From contig OY762069.1 in assembly GCA_963665095.1 (NCBI GenBank), positions 3,680,001 through 3,744,000 of the forward strand: a DNA stretch of 64,000 bases, read 5' to 3'. Origin of the DNA: an uncultured Desulfobacter sp. (GTDB lineage Bacteria > Desulfobacterota > Desulfobacteria > Desulfobacterales > Desulfobacteraceae). The notes under the pieces are model-generated. The model did no database searches. It saw only the letters and a program-made list of their open reading frames with translations, and was not told the origin of the DNA. A program made the translations under genes and the position numbers. Every line of letters starts with the position of its first letter. Positions within the stretch are counted from its first letter, which is position 1. Below, piece after piece: positions 41,201 through 49,270 of the stretch.

Positions 41201-43737
41201 CCACAGTGCCCATGGATTTCACAGGAGAGACCTGTCTTGTCACCCTGGATCAGCATGGGTTTGCAGAAGCCTGTGCAGCGATTCTTGAGAAAAACGGCGC
41301 CAGGGTTATCCGTGTCGGAGATATGGATACCGCAGACTACAGGTTGGACTTGAACGATCTGGATGCGGCAGAGGAAAAACTGTCCGATATCCGGTCTGAA
41401 TACGATCGGATTCACAATCTGTTTTATCTGCACCCCCTGAATTTTGTACTGGATCCGGCGGCAGACACAGATCCGGCAAGTGGTGCGCAAACCACAGCCG
41501 TGACATTGCTTTTCCGGTTGTGTCAGACGCTTTCTTCAGATCTCAAGGCGTCGGGCACCCGTGTGGCATCGGTATCAGTGCAGTCTGCCCTGGCCCGTTT
41601 CCAAAAGCCGGCTCCTGCCAGATTATATCCTGTGTTCAGCGGGATTTCAGGACTGTTGAAAACCCTTGGCAAGGAGTATCCTGAAACCCAGGTAAAATTA
41701 GTGGAGTTTCTCGACCAGGCCGCCCTGGACCACATGGATGATGCCGCACTTTTGTTCCTGGAAGAAGTGGTTTCCGGCAGCAGGCGGGTGGAGGTCGGCC
41801 TTGATGTCACAGAGGGAACACTATCCAGATTCGGCATCCAGGCAAAAATTGAACCACTGGAAAGCCCTGAATCTTCCGACGCGTCTGAACCCCCATTCCT
41901 TATCAGAAAAAAAGATACCCTTCTGGTTACAGGCGGGGCCTGCGGCATCACCTTTGAACTGCTCAAAGCAGTAACCCGACCGGGCATGAAACTGGTGATT
42001 CTCGGCCGCAGCCGGGTGGAAGAAGCTACAGAGGTCCCGGTGACCGACACCATACAGGATGCCGAGATCATGGCGGCACTGAAGTCCAAATATCCGGAAG
42101 CACGCCCCGTGGAGCTGAAAAACAGAACAGCCAGGCTCAGGCGAATTCTTGAAGCCCGCCAGAACCTGGGCTTTCTGCGGGATCAGGGCATAACGGTGGA
42201 TTACCATGCCGTGGATGTAACGGATCAGGCGGCAGTTGCCGGAACCGTGTCCCAATACCCGTCCATTGACGGCGTGATCCATGCGGCCGGCGTTGAACTG
42301 AGCACCATGCTGGAGAAAAAATCCCTGGCTGATTTCTCCCTGGTGTTTGACATCAAGGTCAAGGGTGCAGCCAACCTTTTTGCAGCACTTGAGGGCAAGG
42401 CCTTAAGGTACGCAATCGGATTCTCCTCCATTGCCGCCCGGTTCGGCAACGAGGCCCAGTGCGACTATGCCGCCGGCAACGACCTGATGGGGGCCATGTT
42501 TGCGGCCAGGGCCCTGGACCATCCGGACTGTGCCCATAAAATTTTTGACTGGACGGCCTGGTCCGGCACAGGCATGGCAGCCGGCGGCACCGTGGAAAAG
42601 GTTCTCAAGGAAAAAGGCATTACGTTTCTGCCGGTTTCTGAAGGCATCCGGCACTTTAAAACCCAGCTGGAAAATCCTTTAAGCCAAGAGATCCTCGTTG
42701 CCGCAAGGCCCAAGGCGGACCCTGAAGCATTTGACCGTGACGGAATTCTTGACACCTTTATTGCTCCGTTCCTGGATGCCGTTGTACAGGAGGAAAACCC
42801 GCAGCCGGAAGGCAAGGTCAAATTCAAACGGCGTTTAACTGCTGAACGGGACCTGTTTCTCGCAGACCACACCCGTCAGCAAGTTCCTCTGTTTCTGGGA
42901 GCCACAGGCCTTGAAACCATGGCCGAAGCAGCCCTTGCAAGCACAGGTTTTGAAGGCAGGATTGCCGGGGTGAAGGATTTTAAAATCCCTTACGGCATAA
43001 AGCTGCTTCAAAACCGGCCCAAGCAGATTGAAGTTTCTGCCCAAAGACAGGCGGATGGTTTGATCAAAACCGAGATCACCTCATCCTTTCAGCCCACAAA
43101 AAGAAATAAGGCCCCAAATATGCCGGTAAAACACACCCTGCACTACCAGGGAACCTTTAAGATCACTGGGGCAAAGGCAGTGAACAGTCAAAACCCGGCT
43201 GCAGGCAATGCACTTGGCACCGTTGACGTACCGGAACTGCCCGGGCTGCATACGGATGCCGCCTGGCAGGAACAGATCTACCAGCCCCAACGGCTCTTCA
43301 TGGACGGCTTGTTCCGGTCCGTGGACCAGCTGGTGGCCCTGAAAGAGGACCAGCTCATCACCATGGTGCAGTGGCGGCCGGGACGGCAGTTTTTTAAAGG
43401 CCAGACCCATCCGGCATTTCTCACCCCCGTGGTGATCATGGACGCCATCTTCCAGACCGGCGGTATCCTGGAATTTTTCACCTCCAGGGATGTGGTGCTG
43501 CCCTATGGCATCCAAAGCGCCCAATTTGGCGGACAGGTCCTGCCCAATACGCCGTATATCTGCATTACCCGGCGTACGGACCAGGCAGATGACACCAAAA
43601 CCTATCAGATGCAGCTGGCAGACATTTCCGGCACTATCCTCATTGACATCCAGGATTTTGAAATGGTCAAAGTGGACCGCCTGGCACCGGGAAACCGGCC
43701 GGATCACCCCCTGGTGAAGAACCTGATGGCTGGATAA
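32203..43737 (+). CDS. Pfa-like iterative type I FAS/PKS megasynthase: ER*-ER-KS-KS*(CLF-like)-AT-KS-ACPx3-KR-DH
   Basis: AAGGAG RBS before GTG. EAGGR/EAGGH FabK-type barrels; DAAC-HGTGT-IGH; DASC without His; GQG-GHSVG-AAFH; NGAC-HETYT-TGH; 3x [19 protein letters not shown]; DH...P and DAIFQ. Confidence 0.93.
   Translation: [3844 protein letters not shown]
40165..41010 (+). repeat. Three tandem ACP-coding repeats (about 40165-40365, 40480-40680, 40813-41010)
   Basis: [40 protein letters not shown] repeated three times with synonymous divergence, separated by Pro/Ser/Thr/Ala-rich linkers. Confidence 0.92.
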
Positions 43738-43750
43738 TGATGATGGAAGA

Positions 43751-44467
43751 ATGACCACTCCAGTCTGTTTTTTCGAACAAAACAGTATTGCTTTAGCCCT
43801 GGTCAATATCCCGGAAATGCTGAAAACATTGCTCAAAGGTACGGTGGCACCGGATTATCAAACCCGGCGCTGCCGTATCTTCCGGCAGGATGATTTTTCA
43901 ACGGCATTCCTGTCCCCGAAAGAACTTAACAGCGTCAACCAGTTACATACCTTGAAAAAACAGGTGGAACGGATGGCGGGACGATGGGCGGTGAAATCCC
44001 TGATCGCCGGAGAAACCGGTCAGGCATTAGACAAGATTGTTGTAATTAATTCTAAATCCGGGCACGATGCCGGGGCCCCTGTCCTTGAACCACCCCTTGA
44101 TTATGCCATCTCCATCTCCCACTCCCATGACCATGCCATAGCCGCAGTCATCCCCGATGCCGATTCCAGGATCGGTGTGGATATGGAGGCAATAACCCGC
44201 CTGGACACCTCTGCCCTGCTCCATGCAGGATTCTCAAAAAAAGAACAGCAGATATACCAAAATGCAGATCTTGAAACCATCTTAAAGGTCTGGACCATCA
44301 AAGAAGCTTATCTGAAATATTGCCGCACCGGCCTGAATCGTCCTGTCCGGCAGATCGAATGGATTAACGGCAAACTTTACAACAACCATCGTTTGGTTAA
44401 GGATATTCGGATGAACTCCTGTATTTCCGAAAACATCATCCTGACAGTTATATTTTCCCTTGATTAA
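43751..44467 (+). CDS. 4'-phosphopantetheinyl transferase (Sfp-like)
   Basis: ISISHS, IGVDME, WTIKEAYLK. Starts 13 bp after the megasynthase stop. Confidence 0.92.
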   Translation: MTTPVCFFEQNSIALALVNIPEMLKTLLKGTVAPDYQTRRCRIFRQDDFSTAFLSPKELNSVNQLHTLKKQVERMAGRWAVKSLIAGETGQALDKIVVINSKSGHDAGAPVLEPPLDYAISISHSHDHAIAAVIPDADSRIGVDMEAITRLDTSALLHAGFSKKEQQIYQNADLETILKVWTIKEAYLKYCRTGLNRPVRQIEWINGKLYNNHRLVKDIRMNSCISENIILTVIFSLD

Positions 44468-44930
44468 GGCACGATAAATTCTTTGCTAAAAAAGAAGCCC
44501 CCTCTCTCTAAACTGCTACTTGAAGGGCTACTCATTTTTTTAAGGAAGAACAGATTTAACTGGTCCCTGAACGAAAACCCCCTGTTAGGTGTTTGGACGC
44601 AAAGTTGCCCAGATGGAAGATAATATAATCTTAACGCAATCCTAATATACAAGATTTATATTTTTAACACTTGAATATCAGCAGAGGAGTGCCCGGTCCA
44701 TGTTGCCGTCAATACATTATCGCCAATAATGGTGGCAGTTAACCTCCATCGGCAGGACCGTAACTTTTGAGGCGTGGTTTTAAGGCCCGTAGACTGGCAC
44801 ATCCATGAATCCTGCAAGATATCCGGGACCGGCCCACAGGCTCTGTGAAAGCTCTCCGGGTATACTGGACAGCCCCGTTTACCGGGGCACCCCGGGCAAT
44901 AGATGTTTAAAAATTATACTGGATATTAAA

Positions 44931-45389
44931 ATGAAAAAAAAAGTTTTATTTGTGTGTGTTCACAATTCTGCCAGAAGCCAGATGGCAGAAGCGTATTTAA
45001 AAAAAATAGCTTCAGAGGCGTATGACGTATTCAGTGCCGGCCTTGAACCGGGAAATCTTAATTCCGTTGTGGTTGAGGCAATGAAGCAGGATGGAATTGA
45101 TATTTCAGGCAATCGGACCAAATCAGTTAATGAATTTCTGAATGCCGGTGTGGAATTTGATCATGTGATTACCGTTTGTGATGAATCATCGGCTGAACAG
45201 TGCCCGTTTTTTCCTGGCAAAGGGAATCGGATGCACTGGGGATTTGAAGATCCCTCCTCCCTTAAAGGCACGTTTGATGAAAAGCTGGTCAGGGTAAAAC
45301 AGATTCGGGATCAGATTAAATCAAAAGTAACAGGCTGGCTTCAGAAGGATCGAATGGCGCAACAACCCATTAGACAACAATCTTCCTGA
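44931..45389 (+). CDS. arsC: Arsenate reductase / LMW-PTP family
   Basis: LFVCVHNSARSQMAE P-loop, TVCD...CP, HWGFEDP. Confidence 0.88.
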   Translation: MKKKVLFVCVHNSARSQMAEAYLKKIASEAYDVFSAGLEPGNLNSVVVEAMKQDGIDISGNRTKSVNEFLNAGVEFDHVITVCDESSAEQCPFFPGKGNRMHWGFEDPSSLKGTFDEKLVRVKQIRDQIKSKVTGWLQKDRMAQQPIRQQSS

Positions 45390-45692
45390 AAACACAGCGT
45401 GTCAACCCAATGGTACTCACCGCCACTGGCAAGAGTGACAGCATCCCATAAAGAATTAGGGTCGGGCAGGCCTATATTTCAACCATCTGAAATTTTTATG
45501 CTTTAACACTAAAAAGCGTTTTCCTATGAGCCTGCATGTGTGTTAAGAATCTGGATAAACATCTTCATTTTAAATCAAAATCCGTAAGTTTGGTTGACTT
45601 TAAAATATGCAAAAACGGCATTGCAGTGGAACATTTGTCGTTTATACCTTTTTACAGGTATGCCAGACTAATATTTTTTTACAGGAGGACCA

Positions 45693-46226
45693 ATGAAAGG
45701 CATAATAGTAAATTGTCTGCAGGAGATGGTGGACAAAATGCATGGTGGGCAGCCGGTCTGGCAAGATATATTGAAAGCAGCCGGTTTAGATCCGTTTACC
45801 ATCTATTCCGGCTCAGACGATGTGGCTGATGGGGAAGTTTTGAAACTCTTTGGCGAGACAGCCAACGTACTGAACATTTCCCTTGCTCAGGCCGAGGATG
45901 GCTTTGGGGAATATTGGGTTTGTCATTTCGCACCGCGCATTTACGAATTCTTTTATCGAGATGCCGGCAGTGCCAAAGCGTTTATCAATAAAATGGGTTC
46001 TGTCCATCTGGTGACGACAGAAAGCATGCCCAATGTGCAACCACCTCAGTTTGAATATGACTGGCAGGCCCCACATATTCTGATTCTTCGATATATTTCA
46101 CAGCGGGGGTTAATCGATTTATTCATAAGCTTACTCAAAGGTGTCGGCAAATACTATCAGGAAGATCTTCAGATTAAAAAACTAAGTCAAGATCAGGTTG
46201 AGATCATATTTCCCCCGGGAAATTGA
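45693..46226 (+). CDS. Stand-alone H-NOX (heme NO-binding) protein
   Basis: MKGII N-terminus, proximal His (VHL), QPP, YxSxR (YISQR), GGAGGA RBS. Confidence 0.9.
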   Translation: MKGIIVNCLQEMVDKMHGGQPVWQDILKAAGLDPFTIYSGSDDVADGEVLKLFGETANVLNISLAQAEDGFGEYWVCHFAPRIYEFFYRDAGSAKAFINKMGSVHLVTTESMPNVQPPQFEYDWQAPHILILRYISQRGLIDLFISLLKGVGKYYQEDLQIKKLSQDQVEIIFPPGN

Positions 46227-46307
46227 TACCGCTGCGGATTTATGTGAAAAAAACCGGGGACATAAATGGGTTTGGCTTTAAAATATAAATTCTGATAAAA
46301 GCCAGAT

Positions 46308-47414
46308 ATGTACGATGTAATTATCATAGGTGCCGGTCCAGCCGGAACAGCTGCCGGGTATTACCTTGCCCGGAAGGGATTTTCCGTGCTGTTGCTTGAC
46401 CGGCGCAGCTTTCCAAGGAAAAAAGCATGTGCGGGCGGGATCACACCCAAGGCCATGGCCCTGTTTAATTATGATATCTCCCATCTGGTATGCCGCACTT
46501 TCCGGGAGATTAAAATCGTCCGGCCCGGGAATAGATCATTTATCATAAAAAATAAAAATCCCCTGTGCTATATCACCCGAAGATCTGAACTGGATGCTTA
46601 TTCCCTGACCCGGGCAAGGGCTGCCGGCTGCCGGTTTAAAAAAATTGACAAACTGACCAGCCTTAAACAGGACGGCCATGGGGTAAGCCTGACGGTGATT
46701 CAGGATGGTGAGCCCGTCTGCTATACATCGCAGTATTTGATTGGTGCGGACGGGGCCAATTCAAAAACTCAAAGGCTGACAGGAAGGACCGCAGTTTCTT
46801 CCAATGTCAAACTGCCGGCTCTGGAGGCTGATGTCAGGGTGTCGTGTGCTGCCGGGTATGCCATGGAATTTGATTTTTCAAAAAATTTTTCAGGGTACTA
46901 CTGGCTTTTCCCAAGGAAACATCATGTGAATATTGGAATCTTCAGTGCCCGGGCAGATGGACATTTAAGTCAGAAACTATTGGTCCGGTATGCACGGTTA
47001 CGGTTTGGGACAGGTCTGCTCAGTGACGTCAAAGGATACCCCATTGGAACCAGCCAGGGCACTGTTACACCGGGCAGGGGACGCGTACTTCTTGCCGGAG
47101 ATGCCGCAGGCCTTGCAGAACCCTTACTCGGGGAGGGTATTTATGCGGCCCTGAAATCGGGAATCCTGTCAGCCAGGGCGGTTGAATACGCCCTTAATCT
47201 TTCTTTCGCACCACCGATTGCGGCCATGGATTGGTACAGACAGGCGTTAAGCCCCCTGCTTTGGGACCTGTGGCTGTACCAGCGCAGCGCTTTCATCATG
47301 TATCGGTTCCCGGGGCCGGCTCTGGCCGCAGCGTCACGGCCGATGCTGCATAATTATTTTTCCCGGGGCTATGCCCGGGCAAAAACCCTGCACGAAATGC
47401 TTCTTCCCTTTTAA
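46308..47414 (+). CDS. Geranylgeranyl-reductase-family FAD oxidoreductase
   Basis: GAGPAG, FPRKKACAGG, IGADGANS, GYYWLFP, GDAAGLAEPLLGEGI. Confidence 0.88.
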   Translation: MYDVIIIGAGPAGTAAGYYLARKGFSVLLLDRRSFPRKKACAGGITPKAMALFNYDISHLVCRTFREIKIVRPGNRSFIIKNKNPLCYITRRSELDAYSLTRARAAGCRFKKIDKLTSLKQDGHGVSLTVIQDGEPVCYTSQYLIGADGANSKTQRLTGRTAVSSNVKLPALEADVRVSCAAGYAMEFDFSKNFSGYYWLFPRKHHVNIGIFSARADGHLSQKLLVRYARLRFGTGLLSDVKGYPIGTSQGTVTPGRGRVLLAGDAAGLAEPLLGEGIYAALKSGILSARAVEYALNLSFAPPIAAMDWYRQALSPLLWDLWLYQRSAFIMYRFPGPALAAASRPMLHNYFSRGYARAKTLHEMLLPF

Positions 47415-47533
47415 GACCCTTTGACAAGGATACCTGAAAACCTTCCCTGAAGCCATGTCATTATCACGGATTTATCCTCTTTTGCGGGGGAGAGCTGATT
47501 TAACGTTACACACGGATTATTCCCTGCTTCAAA

Positions 47534-49270
47534 TCAAGTTCCGTACACGACAATTTTATTTCGGCCTTCTTCTTTGGCCTGGTATAATGCCGTATCAGCT
47601 TTTTTGATCAACATCTCATGGGACGTCTCACTGCCAGGGATTGCCGATGCCACCCCGATACTCAGTGTGACATAATCTGAAACAAGGGAGCCTGAATGGG
47701 GAAGTTGGAGCTGTTCAACAGCACCCTGCAGGCTCTGGGCAATAAACAGGGCCTTTTCAGATTCTGTTTCCGGTAACACGGCAAGGAACTCCTCGCCCCC
47801 ATATCTGGCAATGAGATCCCCAGACCGTTTAATTGTGGACGCCAGACATCCGGCGATGCGCTTAAGACAGGTGTCCCCCAATGGGTGCCCGTATATATCA
47901 TTATATTTCTTGAAATAATCAATGTCGCAGAATATCACGGAGAGCTCCGTTTTGCTCCTCGCCTGAAGTCCCCAGACCTTTTTGATATAGTCATCAAGAA
48001 CTCTGCGATTGGGGATTCCTGTCAGGGCATCCAGGGAGGCCATCTGCGCAAGCCGTTTATTTGCTTCAATAAGCTGGGCTTCTTTTTGCTCAAGCAGCCC
48101 AAGGGTCTTTTGACGTTCACTTTCAAGCGCTTCGTTTTGTTCCAGTATCAGGACCAGGTTCTGGTAAAATGAATGAAACTCCTGAATCCATCCCTTTGCA
48201 TCGGGAAAGGCATTCTTTTTTTGCATGATGGATAGCTGCAGGTTGTTTAGAAATCGGGTTGAATGCCTTTTAATACCCCGGGCAAATGTCAATGATATGA
48301 ACAACAGCACCGCGAATAAAGCCAGAAAAACCTTCAGTCCGTTCATCATAATATTGTGGTTGGTAGCTTGAACGATGTGAAGCGTAATCTCTTTTCCCGC
48401 CCAGAGAACAAGGCGGGAATGATCGCATTTAAACACAGGCACCCAAACCATATGGATCGGGCCCTCTTTCCAAATTCCAGGCGCTGCCGTCTGGAACAGG
48501 TCTTCCAGTTTTGGGAACATATCAAAAACGTTTCCCTGGATTTTCTGCTCAGACATATATGTCCCGTCTCCGCAGGTCCAATGAAGATTACTAAAAGGCG
48601 GGTTCAGAATGTTGATATCAATGTCGCCGCAGAATATACCGACCTTTTCTCCTTTGAAAAAAATAGGCGTTAGAATCCGCAAAAGAAACCTTGGGGCGTT
48701 TTCATTTCCCCTGTGGTGATCTATCAGGGAGCTCAGATAAACATCTTTTTCAGGCATCCGGGCCACCTGTTCAAGTAACGACGGCACAATATGAAGTTTT
48801 TTCACAGTCGCATACTGGTATTGCTTTATATTGGGATCTTTTATCAGGGAAAATTTGACCTGACGTGCCATATCCAATACATGAATATTGATCACCTCGT
48901 TATTCATCCGGAATGCCCTGGACAGGACGCCCTGATATCTTTTTCGGGCAGTCTTCTCATCAATGGCACCGGACAGATTTTCCCCATGGTTAAGAATTTC
49001 AAAGACGGCCGGCAGCTGGGATACAAAACAAATTATATTTTCATAGGATTTGATTTTAGATTTCAAGCGGTCTAATTCGCCTTGAAAATGGTTGAGTTGC
49101 TGCTCCTCTTCAAGGACTTTTAATTCAGTACCCACGTTTTGCTGCGTTAAAAGAAAAAAAAGGATAATGGGGACAGCCCCAATCAAAATCAAAAAAACAA
49201 AAACAAGCGGTGCCAGGTTGATGTGCAGCTTTTTCTTCATGAAGGCCTTCAAGGGTGGGGAAGCAGCCAT
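47534..49270 (-). CDS. Membrane-bound diguanylate cyclase
   Basis: Two TM segments, coiled coil, DALTGIPNRR, RSGD I-site, YGGEEF. Confidence 0.9.
   Translation of the reverse strand: MAASPPLKAFMKKKLHINLAPLVFVFLILIGAVPIILFFLLTQQNVGTELKVLEEEQQLNHFQGELDRLKSKIKSYENIICFVSQLPAVFEILNHGENLSGAIDEKTARKRYQGVLSRAFRMNNEVINIHVLDMARQVKFSLIKDPNIKQYQYATVKKLHIVPSLLEQVARMPEKDVYLSSLIDHHRGNENAPRFLLRILTPIFFKGEKVGIFCGDIDINILNPPFSNLHWTCGDGTYMSEQKIQGNVFDMFPKLEDLFQTAAPGIWKEGPIHMVWVPVFKCDHSRLVLWAGKEITLHIVQATNHNIMMNGLKVFLALFAVLLFISLTFARGIKRHSTRFLNNLQLSIMQKKNAFPDAKGWIQEFHSFYQNLVLILEQNEALESERQKTLGLLEQKEAQLIEANKRLAQMASLDALTGIPNRRVLDDYIKKVWGLQARSKTELSVIFCDIDYFKKYNDIYGHPLGDTCLKRIAGCLASTIKRSGDLIARYGGEEFLAVLPETESEKALFIAQSLQGAVEQLQLPHSGSLVSDYVTLSIGVASAIPGSETSHEMLIKKADTALYQAKEEGRNKIVVYGT

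Noticed and set aside
32203..43737. Calling the synthase a canonical EPA/DHA pfa cluster
   Set aside because: Domain order differs, FabA-type DH domains were not seen, and the ACP motif is non-canonical.
44470..44930. Possible gene remnant or N-terminal extension of arsC from 44805
   Set aside because: No recognisable protein in the frames I tried. ArsC homology starts at ATG 44931.
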